In this document: one piece after another, positions 10,532-20,333 of the stretch
Position numbering within the stretch: position 1 is the stretch's first letter
Layout of the letters: the number at the start of each line of letters is the position of its first letter
Assembly (NCBI GenBank): GCA_963849325.1
Contig: CAWKHF010000004.1
Span: 64,001-128,000, forward strand
Direction of reading: 5' to 3'
Length of the DNA stretch: 64,000 nucleotides
From: an uncultured Planctomycetota bacterium
GTDB taxonomy: Bacteria > Planctomycetota > Planctomycetia > Gemmatales > Gemmataceae
Program-made: the position numbers and the translations under genes
The notes under the pieces: model-generated
The model's input: only the letters and a program-made list of their open reading frames with translations
Database searches by the model: none
What the model was told of the DNA's origin: nothing

Positions 10532-11407
10532 TCAGACCTGGCTCCTTTCCCGCATCGACTCGGCCAGGCGTTCGACTTGCTGGCGCATCTCGGCGGCGGG
10601 CAAATACACCCGCTGGCCGTGGCCGGGCAAGACCCACTCGAACCGATACGCCGCCAGCCGCCCCATCGACTCGGCCTGCTGCGGCCACGAATACCAGCAG
10701 TAGTCCTCGGAGGCCGAAAGCTGCTGCGTGTCCCGGTCCCAATCCAGGTGGTCGCCGGTGAACAGGAAGCGCTCCTGGTAGAGCAGAACGCAGTGGCCCT
10801 TCGTGTGTCCCGGCGTGGGGATGGCGAGGAAATCTGGAGCCAACTCCCACGGCCCCTCACCATCGAGAACGACTTCCGCACCGGGCTGCGACGAAAACTC
10901 CTCCCGATGGATGATGCGGCGACTGCCGAAATGCCCGGCGTAGCGCTGGGCGTCGGCTACGTCGTCTCGGTGCGTCAGGAAGATGTGGGCGATGCCGCCC
11001 AGCTTCTCAAGCTGCCGCACCAGCGGGGTCACGAACTTGGGCGAGTCGATGAGCCAGTTCCCAGCAGCGTGCTTGATGAAGTAGCTGTTGCCGCCATACG
11101 ACTTCGGAGAATTGAACCCGCAGTAATAGACCGGCGCCTCGATGAGAAGGGGGAAGTCCTTCATCACCGCCTTCACGTCATCGTCACTGAGGCAGCCGAT
11201 GGACCCCGTGGGGCAGGCCAGGAGCGCTTGCAGCGCCCGCCGCCGGTCGGCGCTGGCAACCGGCTGGGCCTTGACGAAGGACGTTTCCGCCGCCTCTCCG
11301 AAGACCGCAGGGGCGATCTGCCGACAGGCATCGCAGTCGATGCAGGTCGAATCTACGAAGAAGTCGCCAGGGACGTTTTCCGGCACCCGCTTCTTGGGGT
11401 TGGCCAT
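10532..11407 (-). CDS. Ferredoxin-metallo-beta-lactamase-fold fusion
   Basis: CIDCDAC...CPTGSI followed by THRDDVAD, TPGHT, FTGDH, PGHG. Confidence 0.9.
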   Translation of the reverse strand: MANPKKRVPENVPGDFFVDSTCIDCDACRQIAPAVFGEAAETSFVKAQPVASADRRRALQALLACPTGSIGCLSDDDVKAVMKDFPLLIEAPVYYCGFNSPKSYGGNSYFIKHAAGNWLIDSPKFVTPLVRQLEKLGGIAHIFLTHRDDVADAQRYAGHFGSRRIIHREEFSSQPGAEVVLDGEGPWELAPDFLAIPTPGHTKGHCVLLYQERFLFTGDHLDWDRDTQQLSASEDYCWYSWPQQAESMGRLAAYRFEWVLPGHGQRVYLPAAEMRQQVERLAESMRERSQV

Positions 11408-11498
11408 GATCGAACCTCCTCTTTGCATTCTACCTGTGCGGGAGGCTCTTGAATTGCATCATCGTGGCGGCGCATACCCAAGCTGGAACCGGCCCGTC

Positions 11499-12233
11499 TC
11501 AATTCCGACGTTCCGGCTTCGTGGCAGTCACGAGACGAGTTGCTGCCCAGGGACCACCCCACCAAAACCGCCATCCCAGCCTCCTGCGGGTAACATCGTA
11601 AATGCCGATTTTGGCAAGCTGTGCCTGGTGATGCCGGGTGCCCCGAATGTCAGCGATCATCAGCCGACCGCCAGGACGTAGCACCCGCACCGCTTCGTCA
11701 ACTGCTTTCTCTCGGCCAGCACGTCCGCTGATGTTGTGGATGGCCAGACTGGAAACAACCACATCAAAACTGTTGTCTGCAAAGGGCAGCGATGTCATGT
11801 CGCCGGTGTGCAATTCGATACGATCAGCTACCCCCTCAGCGATGGCGTTGCGCCGGGTAGCCTCGGCAGAATTGCCGGACTGATCGACGCTTCGCCACAA
11901 GTCCACGCCCACTGCCCGGCCTGTCGTCAAGCGTTGAGCGGCCATTAGCAGCACCGCACCCCGGCCACATCCCAGGTCCAGTATTCGCTCGTCACCCCGA
12001 AGCCCCAGCTTGTCCAGCAATTCGGCCCAAACCATGAACTTGCCTCGAAGCGTGGTGTGAAGGTAGAAACTTTCGATGGTCAACAGGAATAGGACAGCCA
12101 GAAACGGCAGCAATCGGCCAGAGATAATTGCCATTACGAGGATAGCAACGGTCATGACTGCAATGGCAGCGGGCGCATAGGGAGCATCAATCCCATACGA
12201 ACCACGCCGTCGAGGTTGCACCTGTCCAGTCAT
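11499..12233 (-). CDS. Membrane-anchored class I SAM methyltransferase
   Basis: YGIDAP, two TM segments, LDLGCGRG, LAIHNI, RVLRPGG. Confidence 0.85.
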   Translation of the reverse strand: MTGQVQPRRRGSYGIDAPYAPAAIAVMTVAILVMAIISGRLLPFLAVLFLLTIESFYLHTTLRGKFMVWAELLDKLGLRGDERILDLGCGRGAVLLMAAQRLTTGRAVGVDLWRSVDQSGNSAEATRRNAIAEGVADRIELHTGDMTSLPFADNSFDVVVSSLAIHNISGRAGREKAVDEAVRVLRPGGRLMIADIRGTRHHQAQLAKIGIYDVTRRRLGWRFWWGGPWAATRLVTATKPERRN

Positions 12234-12280
12234 CGGGGTGTCTTCTTTCCGTTCTGAGAATCCTCGCCATCGCATTCCCA

Positions 12281-12753
12281 TCAGTGACCTGACAACTTGA
12301 TCTCGATGCCATATCGAGCGCAGCGGCCAGCAGCTTCTCGATCTCGTCCTTCGTGGACGGGGCGGCAGTCGTAGCGCCTGGCGGGACAGGGACGCCGACC
12401 TCGAAGAACATCTTTTCCAGCCCGGCAGGGGCGACGGAGATCAGCATTCGGGCGGGTTTGCCGCTCTCGTTCTTGAACGAGTGTAGCGTGCCGACAGGCA
12501 TGTTGGCGAACATCCCGGCATTGGCAACGAGCCGTTGGTCGCCAAGCGTGAGGGTGATCTCGCCTTCGAGGACGTAGAAGCCTTCTTCCTCCCGGCTGTG
12601 GACGTGCGGGGGTGGCCCACCGCCCGGAGGCACGACTGCTTCCCACATGGCGTACTTGCCGTTGGTGTCCTCGCCGGTGGCCAGGAAGCGGTACACATCA
12701 CCGACGACGGCGATGGTGCGCCCTTCGGCGGGCTTGCGGGTCGTCGGGTTCAT
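12281..12753 (-). CDS. Cupin domain protein (frameshift near 12320)
   Basis: PPPHVHSREEEGFYVLEG...HSFKN; typical C-terminus ARYGIEI lies in another frame. Confidence 0.85.
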
Positions 12754-12769
12754 TCGGTTCTCACTCCTC

Positions 12770-13099
12770 TCACTTCACAGGCAACTTCCCGACGAACTTC
12801 ACGGCCCGCCCAATCCAGCCGCTCAACTGCTCGTCGCCCTCGACGCCTTCCGGGGCGACCAGCACCCAGCCCTTCATCGACCTCCCGGTGATGTCGAACT
12901 TCTTGACGTGCGGCTCAGGTAGCGCCTCCTCAGCCTGCTCCGGGCCGAGCCGGACACAGAGGGAGTCCTTCCAGACTCCCACCAGCAGGTTGCCGTTCAG
13001 CAGGAAGCCGACCCCGCCAAACATCTTCTTTTCCTCGACGTTCTTGCGCCGGGCCAGTGCGTTGCGGATGCGTTCGGCAAGGGCTTCGCTGAAGGCCAT
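12770..13099 (-). CDS. TfoX/Sxy N-terminal domain protein
   Basis: EKKMFGGVGFLLNGN...MKGWV. Confidence 0.85.
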   Translation of the reverse strand: MAFSEALAERIRNALARRKNVEEKKMFGGVGFLLNGNLLVGVWKDSLCVRLGPEQAEEALPEPHVKKFDITGRSMKGWVLVAPEGVEGDEQLSGWIGRAVKFVGKLPVK

Positions 13100-13149
13100 G
13101 AGCAGTCTCCGGGGCAGCCTGGCGGTCACGCACCGAGTATTTTAGCTGG

Positions 13150-13440
13150 ATGCCGAAGAAGGGCCGCAAACCGGGGTCGAAACCGCCTGGCGACCGCTGG
13201 TTCGTCTACCTGCTTCGGTGCGCCGACGGCACGCTCTACACGGGCATCGCCAAGGACGTGAGCCGCCGCTGCCAGCAGCACAGCGCCGGGACCGCCTCCC
13301 GGTACACCCGCAGCCGCCTGCCGGTCGTGGTGGTTTACCAGGAAGACCACGCCAGCCGAAGCCTGGCCTTGAGGCGGGAGGCAGCGATCAAGGCGCTGAC
13401 CCGGCGGCAGAAGTTGTCGCTGATTCGGCTGGCCGGGTGA
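13150..13440 (+). CDS. GIY-YIG nuclease (YazA-like)
   Basis: FVYLLRCADGTLYTG...H..G...YTRSRLP...RREAAIK. Confidence 0.9.
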   Translation: MPKKGRKPGSKPPGDRWFVYLLRCADGTLYTGIAKDVSRRCQQHSAGTASRYTRSRLPVVVVYQEDHASRSLALRREAAIKALTRRQKLSLIRLAG

Positions 13441-13472
13441 GGACGATCTGTTCAACGCAAGGGGTAAACGGC

Positions 13473-13991
13473 ATGACCGCCGACGAGATTGCTGCCGCCG
13501 TTGGCAGGGAGGCGGCGAACGAGTTGACCAGCGCCCTGGCCAAGATCAAGCACTGCCTGGGCCAGTTGACCGACGAGCAGGTGTGGTGGCGGTCCCGGCC
13601 CTCGCTCAACAGCGTCGGCAACCTGATCCTGCACCTGTGCGGCAACCTGCGCCAGTGGATCGTGGCCGGGCTGGGTGAAGCGGCGGACAGTCGGGACCGG
13701 CCCGCCGAGTTCTCCGAGCTTGGCCCGATCCCCAAGGACGAGTTGCTGCTCAAGCTGGCGGACGTGGTGGACGAGGCCAGGGCAGTGCTGGCACGACAGA
13801 CGGCCCGCCAACTTCTGGAGGCCCGGCGCATCCAGGGCTTCGACGTAACAGGGCTGGCGGCAATCTTCGACAGTGTGCCCCACTTCCGGGGTCACACGCA
13901 AGAGATCGTCAGCCTAACCCGGTTGCAGTTGGGGGATGCGTACAGGTTCGCCTGGGCACCGACCACGCCGGAGCAACGTGCCCCATCGTGA
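13473..13991 (+). CDS. DinB/DUF1572 family protein
   Basis: NSVGNLILHLCGNLRQW...RDRPAEF...HFRGHTQEI. Confidence 0.85.
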   Translation: MTADEIAAAVGREAANELTSALAKIKHCLGQLTDEQVWWRSRPSLNSVGNLILHLCGNLRQWIVAGLGEAADSRDRPAEFSELGPIPKDELLLKLADVVDEARAVLARQTARQLLEARRIQGFDVTGLAAIFDSVPHFRGHTQEIVSLTRLQLGDAYRFAWAPTTPEQRAPS

Positions 13992-14017
13992 AGGCTTGCA
14001 GGGAGAGGCAGGTGGCC

Positions 14018-14197
14018 ATGACCCATTCGTTGTGCGAGACATGCGCCTGGATGCGAGAGGTCGTCACGCCGAAGGGATCACGCTTTCTGCTCTGTCAGTT
14101 GTCCAAGACGGACCCGGCTTACCCGAAGTACCCGCCGCAGCCCGTGGTCCGGTGCGACGGCTACCAGAAGCAGGAACCGGGAGGTGTTGAGCGATGA
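14018..14197 (+). CDS. Small Cys-rich protein
   Basis: CETC...GSRFLLC...KYPPQPVVRC; overlaps next start. Confidence 0.7.
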   Translation: MTHSLCETCAWMREVVTPKGSRFLLCQLSKTDPAYPKYPPQPVVRCDGYQKQEPGGVER

Positions 14198-14763
14198 CGC
14201 AGCGAAAGGAAAAGGCCGTCCTGTTCCTCTGCACCGGCAACTACTACCGCAGCCGGTTTGCCGAAGTCCTGTTCAACTCGGTGGCCGGGAAGATGGACCT
14301 GTCCTGGCGGGCGTCGTCCAGGGGCCTCGCCCTGGAGCGGGGCGTGAACAACGTCGGCCCGATGGCGGCGGCTGCCGTCAAAGCCCTCGAAGCCCGTGGA
14401 CTTCGTGCCGTCGCTGATTGTGCCCGCCTCCCGGCGCAGGTGACGGCGGACGATCTCGAAAGAGCGGCGTGGATCGTCGCTCTGAAGCAGGCCGAACACC
14501 TGCCGCTGTTGCAAGAGCGTTTTCCGGCCTGGGCCGAGAAGGTCGAATTCTGGCAGGTGGACGATGCGCAGGAGGCGCTGGCCCTGATCGAGCATGAGGT
14601 CATGGACCTGGCGGCTCGCTTGATCGTGGGCGGCAGAAAACGAGTAGCGCCGCCACCCAAAATCGCCGTCGAGCCTCCCGTGACGAAGAAGGAAATCACC
14701 AGAACAGCGCCCCCGTGGTCCGGCTGGGCCGGGAGACGAAGGGCAGACGGGGCAAGGGCGTGA
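14194..14763 (+). CDS. Low-molecular-weight protein tyrosine phosphatase-like domain
   Basis: LFLCTGNYYRS (CX5R) and SRGL; probably fused to the SUI1 domain across a frameshift near 14712. Confidence 0.85.
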   Translation: MTQRKEKAVLFLCTGNYYRSRFAEVLFNSVAGKMDLSWRASSRGLALERGVNNVGPMAAAAVKALEARGLRAVADCARLPAQVTADDLERAAWIVALKQAEHLPLLQERFPAWAEKVEFWQVDDAQEALALIEHEVMDLAARLIVGGRKRVAPPPKIAVEPPVTKKEITRTAPPWSGWAGRRRADGARA

Positions 14764-14948
14764 CCACTGTATCCGATGTTCCGCTCGATGAAGCGGGCCT
14801 GCTCCAACTCGCCACGAAGCTGAAGGATCGCTGTGGCACTGGCGGGACGGTCAAGGATGGCGTCATCGAGATTCAAGGCGACAAGCGTGACCGGCTGGCG
14901 GCGGTGCTGGAAGGCATGGGTTATCGGGTGAAGCGGGTCGGAGGCTGA
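14715..14948 (+). CDS. SUI1/YciH translation-initiation-factor-like domain
   Basis: RETKGRRGKGVTTV...LKDRCGTGGTVKDGVIEIQGD. Confidence 0.85.
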   Translation: MVRLGRETKGRRGKGVTTVSDVPLDEAGLLQLATKLKDRCGTGGTVKDGVIEIQGDKRDRLAAVLEGMGYRVKRVGG

Positions 14949-14949
14949 G

Positions 14950-15528
14950 ATGGTCCGCTGTCCGTGGGCGAAAACCGAATTGTACGTCCAGTACCATGAC
15001 ATCGAATGGGGCGTGCCGGTCCACGACGACCGACTGCTGTTCGAGTTCCTGATCCTTGAAGGAGCGCAGGCGGGCCTGAGTTGGGAAACGATCCTCAAGA
15101 AACGAGAGAACTACCGGCGAGCCTTCGACAACTTCGATCCTGCCATCGTCGCCAAATATGGCCAGAAGAAGCGCAAGAGCTTGCTGGCAGATGCCGGGAT
15201 CGTCCGCAACCGGCTGAAGATCGAAGCGGCCATCCAAAATGCGAAGGCATTCCTGGCCGTGCAGGACGTAATCGGCACGTTTGACGAGTACATTTGGGGA
15301 TTCGTGGGCCACGAGCCGAAGCAAAACACCTGGAGGTCAATCAAGGAAGTCCCAGCGAAGACCCCGGAATCGGATGCCATGAGCAAGGACTTGAAACGGC
15401 GAGGTTTCAAGTTTGTGGGCAGCACGATTTGCTACGCCTTTATGCAAGCCGTGGGGATGGTGAACGATCATCTGGTCGATTGTTTCCGGCATGGTGAACT
15501 GCAAAAGGCGGGCAAGGGCAGACGATGA
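14950..15528 (+). CDS. tag: DNA-3-methyladenine glycosylase I
   Basis: RCPW...YHDIEWG...EGAQAGLSW...RNRLKI...GMVNDHLVDC. Confidence 0.95.
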   Translation: MVRCPWAKTELYVQYHDIEWGVPVHDDRLLFEFLILEGAQAGLSWETILKKRENYRRAFDNFDPAIVAKYGQKKRKSLLADAGIVRNRLKIEAAIQNAKAFLAVQDVIGTFDEYIWGFVGHEPKQNTWRSIKEVPAKTPESDAMSKDLKRRGFKFVGSTICYAFMQAVGMVNDHLVDCFRHGELQKAGKGRR

Positions 15529-15707
15529 CCGACGAGGCCAGCTACACCTGCGATGCGTGCGGTGAGGAGATCGTGGTGCCCATCGACCTGTCGGCAGGGA
15601 CGAGCCAGGAGTACGTCGAGGATTGTCCGGTGTGCTGCCGCCCGAACGTCATTCACGTCGAGGTTGACGAGGACGGCGACGTGCGGGTGTGGGCGGAAAG
15701 GGAGTAG
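15525..15707 (+). CDS. CPXCG-motif cysteine-rich protein
   Basis: CDACGE...YVEDCPVCCRP. Confidence 0.85.
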   Translation: MTDEASYTCDACGEEIVVPIDLSAGTSQEYVEDCPVCCRPNVIHVEVDEDGDVRVWAERE

Positions 15708-15708
15708 G

Positions 15709-15967
15709 ATGCTGCCGCTTTACCAAGACCCCTGGTTCACCTTCCGCTTTGCGGACGACCGTATCATCCCCCGGTTCCACTTGGAGGGCGTCGAGGCCGG
15801 GCGGAAAGTTTCGGTCTTCAGAGATCGACCCTGGCACCGGCGAGCGGCTGGGCCTGCTGGCGACGGCAACTGTCGGCGAAGGAGGTTGGGTTGAACTGGC
15901 CGAGCCGATTATCGTGCAGGCCGGGGATGCGTTCGTCGCCGTGCCGGAACCGCCTGGGGAGCAGTAA
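15709..15967 (+). CDS. Hypothetical protein (frameshift near 15820)
   Basis: GGAG RBS; MLPLYQDPWFTFRF... continues as EIDPGTGERLG... in another frame. Confidence 0.55.
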
Positions 15968-15975
15968 TCGGCGGT

Positions 15976-16227
15976 TTATTCCGGTTCACGGTGCAGCCGC
16001 AAACCGAGGTCGATAAGCCCTGCTGACTGCCGTTGGGCTTCGGCCTCCCTTCGGCAGCGGTCACAGATGATCCGACCCTCGACCTCCGCTGAGTGCTTCT
16101 CGCAGGCGGGTTTCAGGCACACGTCGCACTCCCGGTAGAGCCAGGTGTCCCGGTCCCTGGGGTCCACCTTCAAGACCGGCTGGAGTTTTCGGCTGCAACC
16201 ATCGACGCTGCACTTCACGAAGGGCAT
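15976..16227 (-). CDS. Cys-rich zinc-finger-like protein
   Basis: GGAGG RBS; CSVDGC...CDVC...CEKH...CDRC. Confidence 0.6.
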   Translation of the reverse strand: MPFVKCSVDGCSRKLQPVLKVDPRDRDTWLYRECDVCLKPACEKHSAEVEGRIICDRCRREAEAQRQSAGLIDLGLRLHREPE

Positions 16228-16391
16228 GGCGATTCCCCTCCCGTACTCAGGCAGTTGGGGCAGTACCAGGGGGCGGGGGTCTTGACAGGTTTCGGGCTTC
16301 TCCTGCGGCACCTGGCGCACCGGAAGCGCTTGCCCTTGACGGCGGTTTTCGGGCGCACTTTCTTTCCAGTCCTGAGAATGGTCCTCGCCAT
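16215..16391 (-). CDS. Small basic zinc-ribbon protein
   Basis: GGAGG RBS; CARC...CPNC. Confidence 0.5.
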   Translation of the reverse strand: MARTILRTGKKVRPKTAVKGKRFRCARCRRRSPKPVKTPAPWYCPNCLSTGGESPCPS

Positions 16392-16510
16392 CGGAGCCTC
16401 CACACGCATTTTATCAGAACGGTGGAGCTACCTGAGAACCCTGCCCGGCTCTCCCGAACCGGGCAGGTTCGCTCATCACTCCCTGAAAGTAGTGGTGGCG
16501 GTTCACGCCG

Positions 16511-16678
16511 TCAAAAGCAGCCGGTGTTGCGGCAGCACGTCTTGAACCGCTTGCCAGACCCACACGGGCAGAGGTCGTTCCTGCCCAGCTTCTCGGCCAG
16601 TTCCTTACTGCCGTGGACGACCCGGACGCCACGCTTCACCTGCGTCTCGGACGGGAACCCCTTGCGGCGTTTGCTCAT
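16511..16678 (-). CDS. SEC-C motif protein (probable extra T truncates the C-terminus)
   Basis: [21 protein letters not shown]. Confidence 0.8.
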   Translation of the reverse strand: MSKRRKGFPSETQVKRGVRVVHGSKELAEKLGRNDLCPCGSGKRFKTCCRNTGCF

Positions 16679-16879
16679 CGGCTCGAAAAAAACGGCTGGT
16701 GGTCGAGGTCTTGCTGGTCCATGATCCACCGCCTTCTTGTGTAAAATAGGCGACAGCACCCCACCTTGAGACGGCGGGGCTGGCGAGAGGGTTCGCTGCT
16801 CGCCGTGAGCGGCCAAGCATCGACGGTGCGCCAACGGCCCGGAGTGGCGGTGCCCCAGGTTCGTGCGGAGGACTCGGAC

Positions 16880-18270
16880 ATGCCGACCGATCCGATCAAG
16901 CATGTAGTGGTCTTGATGCTGGAGAACCACTCCTTCGATCAAATGCTGGGGTCGTTCCGGTCGGTATTCCCGGACCTCGAAGGCGTCGATCCCGCCCGCC
17001 CTGGCAGCAACCGGGACAAGGACGGGACGGCGTACCCCCAGGCGGTGACGACGGCGACCTCCGTGCTGCACGACCCCATGCACGAACTGGCGAACGTGCT
17101 GCACCAACTCGAAGGCGACAACGGCAACTTCGTGCTGGACTACTCCGAGGCGTACCCCGGCACGACCCCGGACGAGCGCCAGCAGATCATGGGCTACTTT
17201 CGCCCGGCTCGCTCCCCGCCCTTCACGAACTGGCCAGGCACTTCACGGTCTGCGACCACTGGTACTCCTCGGTCCCAGGGCCGACCTGGGCGAATCGCTT
17301 TTTCGTTCACAGCGGCACGTCCCTGGGCCGGGTGCAGATGCCCGAAGACCTGAACGACAGCCTGCGCCACCCCGGTCTTTACTTCGGGTACGATCAAGAC
17401 ACGATCTACGACCGGCTGAACGAGCGGGGCGTGCCCTGGCGAATTTACCACGGTGACATTCCCCAATCCCTGGTCCTGACCCACCAGCGCACTGTCCAGA
17501 ACGCCCGGCGGTACGAGTTCATGGACGTGTTCTTCAGCGATGCCAGGGGCCAGGAGGAGCAATTCCCGGCCTTCTCCTTCATCGAACCGTGCTACTACTG
17601 GCCCGGCCAGAACGACGACCACCCGCCGCACGCCACGTTGCGTGCCCAGGCCCTCCTGGGCAGCGTGTACAACGCCTTGCGCCAGAACGACCGGCTCTGG
17701 AATTCGACGCTGCTCGTGGCGCTGTACGACGAGCATGGCGGCTTCTACGATCATGTGCTGCCTCCTGCCGCTGTGCCTCCTGACGGTCACTCTCTACCGA
17801 ACTTCGGCTTCGACCGGCTCGGCGTCCGGGTGCCAGCCCTGCTTGTCTCGCCCTGGGTCGAGCAGACGGTCATCAAGACCGAGTTCGACCACACCAGCCT
17901 GCTCAAGTACCTGACGGAGAAGTGGGGCCTCGGCCCGCTGACGGAACGAGTAGCGAGGGCGCAGAGTTTCGGCTCGGCCCTTCGGACAACAGGCCAACCT
18001 CGAACGGACACGCCGAGTTCCGTGTCCCTTCCAGTGACGGCGGCTGCGCCGGAGGCGATGACGGCAGGCGGGCCGGGCGAGCCGCTGAATGGGCACCAGA
18101 AGGCGCTGATTGCTTTCAGCGAGTATCTGGAGCGGGAGATCGAGGAGCCGGTCGGCAAGCCCGCACGGGCGGCGGCGATGATGGCCGGGCCACCGTCGCA
18201 GGTCGAAACTGCCAAGAGCCGGGTCGAAATGTTCCTGGCCCAGCAGAAGGCGAAGGCTGGCGGCGGGTAG
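16880..18270 (+). CDS. Phosphoesterase / non-haemolytic phospholipase C family (frameshift near 17200)
   Basis: [47 protein letters not shown]. Confidence 0.9.
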
Positions 18271-18362
18271 AGTTCACCGGGCATGACGAGGGGCGACAAG
18301 GCGCTGGTGACACCGGCCCGTGGCTGCGGAGGAAGCCCAAGTTCTCGCATTTGATGGGGCAG

Positions 18363-18785
18363 ATGATGAGCGAATTTGTCTTTCGGGAGTGCCGCTCCGA
18401 AGACGTGGGGGCGGTTCTCCAACTGTGGCAACAGGCCGAGGCCACACCCGGCGTCACGGACACCGCCGACGACCTGCGGCGAGCGGTTGCCGAAGGCCCC
18501 GCCGTCGTACTCGTGGCCGAGGTCCAGGGGCGAGTCGTTGGCTCGATCATCGGGACGTTTGACGGCTGGCGGGGCAACATCTACCGGCTGGCCGCCCATC
18601 CCGATTACCGGCGGCAGGGCGTTGCCCGTGCGCTGGTGGCCGAGGTTGAGAAGAGACTGGCGCAGCAAGGGGCCAAGCGCATCACGGCGCTGGTGGAGAA
18701 GGACCACCCGTGGGCCATGACCTTTTGGGAGGCGGTCGGGTATCCGGTGGACGAGCGGATCGTCCGGCGTGTCCGCAACCTCTGA
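18363..18785 (+). CDS. GNAT acetyltransferase
   Basis: DGWRGNIYRLAAHPDYRRQGVA motif A. Confidence 0.9.
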   Translation: MMSEFVFRECRSEDVGAVLQLWQQAEATPGVTDTADDLRRAVAEGPAVVLVAEVQGRVVGSIIGTFDGWRGNIYRLAAHPDYRRQGVARALVAEVEKRLAQQGAKRITALVEKDHPWAMTFWEAVGYPVDERIVRRVRNL

Positions 18786-18800
18786 AACGTGCTGGGTGCC

Positions 18801-19244
18801 ATGAAACTCGTGTTCTGTTCCGACCCGTCAAACCCCCGGCATCCCGACGAGGCGTATCAGGCCGAGGCCGCCGCCGCCGAACGCCTCGGCATTCCGTTCA
18901 CCTTGGTCGATCACGATGCGCTGGCCCACGACAACGACCCGATCAAGGCCGTCCGCCGGGTGCCGCACCAGCCTCAACCCGACCTCGCATTGTACCGGGG
19001 CTGGATGCTGACGCCGGACCAGTACCGGCTCTTGTACGAGGCGCTGGAGGCGAAAGGGCTGCGGCTCCTCAACGACCCCACCGCCTACCGGCACTGCCAC
19101 TACCTGCCCGAATCGTACCCGGTCATCAAGGCGCACACGCCCCGGTCGGTCTGGATCAAGACGAAGGGCGACGTTTCGACCGACGAGATCATGGGCCTGC
19201 TGCGCCCGTTCGGGTCGGCCCCGGTCGTGGTGAAGGATTACGTC
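18801..19244 (+). pseudogene. ATP-grasp (R2K/DUF4343-like) protein, 3'-truncated
   Basis: YRGWMLTPDQY...HYLPESYP...VVKDYV, then the sequence switches to an unrelated gene. Confidence 0.7.
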
Positions 19245-19668
19245 GCAGCAGTCCGTCTACCCCATCGCCCGCAGGATGGGCGTGCCGATCACGCTGCCGC
19301 CGGTGTCTCCACAGCCGCACACCCACCTGGCCTTCGAGGGCTACCAGTACGCCAGGGAAAACGGCAAGGGCAACGACTACAACCACCGAGTCCTGAAGGC
19401 GTTCTTCGTCGAGGGACAGGACATCGGCCAGATCGACGTGCTGACGAAGCTGGCGGGCGAGGTCGGCCTGAACGAGCAGGGGTTCGAGGAAGCGCTGCGG
19501 ACCCGGAAATATCGAGAGGTCCATCAGCGAGCATTGCGCCACGCCTACTCGGAGGCGGGCGTCACCGGGGTGCCGATGTTCGTGATCGGCAGTCAGGTCT
19601 TGACCGGCTTGCAGAACCGGGAGACGCTGGAGGCTGTGATCGAGGAGGAGAAGCCACCGCCTCGGTGA
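19245..19668 (+). pseudogene. DsbA/FrnE-like oxidoreductase, 5'-truncated (no CxxC)
   Basis: QSVYPIARRMG...PHTHLAFEG...DIGQIDVL...GVTGVPMF. Confidence 0.7.
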
Positions 19669-19758
19669 AAGACGAGCGGACGATGCTGCCAGCCCCACCC
19701 TTCTGCCGACGACTTCCGGGTACGGCTCGAAAACCAGAGGCCAGCAGATAAATACGGT

Positions 19759-19995
19759 ATGCAATCGTTCCATCACTTCACGGAGGCCAAGGATTCGAGA
19801 AATAAAGTCAAGGCGATCACCGATCTCGTGGACGCCTTGAAGGGTGTTCTCGACCATTACGACATTGCCACACGCCGGGTCATCTGGAAGCGCCTCACCA
19901 CGGCGAAGGGACACGAGTTGATCGAGAAGCTGCTGCGTAATCCCCGGACATACCTTTCCAAGAGCGAATTGCGGAAGTTGGTCGAAAGCGGCTGA
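19759..19995 (+). CDS. Hypothetical protein
   Basis: Protein-like ORF filling an intergenic gap. Confidence 0.5.
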   Translation: MQSFHHFTEAKDSRNKVKAITDLVDALKGVLDHYDIATRRVIWKRLTTAKGHELIEKLLRNPRTYLSKSELRKLVESG

Positions 19996-20023
19996 AACCG
20001 AAGCAGTAGAAGGCCGGTGTGCG

Positions 20024-20287
20024 ATGGCAAAGAAGGGCATCAGCAAGGCGAGGGCGATCCAGAACGCCCTGGCACGCCTGGGAATGCAGACCAGCCCCGA
20101 ACAGGTCGTCGCTGCCCTTGCGGAATTCGGGATCGACGTGAACGAAGGGCTGGTGCGACAGGTCAAGGTGGACATGCTGAAGCAAGCTGCCAAGGCCGAA
20201 CGGCAACAGGTGAGGACTCCGCAGGTCGAGCGGCCCCAAGTGCGGTGTCCTCCGAAGGTGCCGCCTCGACGGAGCTTTCGGTCGTGA
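20024..20287 (+). CDS. Hypothetical basic protein
   Basis: ISKARAIQNAL..LG..TSPEQVVAAL; possible DNA binder. Confidence 0.6.
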   Translation: MAKKGISKARAIQNALARLGMQTSPEQVVAALAEFGIDVNEGLVRQVKVDMLKQAAKAERQQVRTPQVERPQVRCPPKVPPRRSFRS

Positions 20288-20333
20288 ACAGGCAAGGGGA
20301 GCCTCGTTGCGCACAATCTCCCCGCCCTCATCC

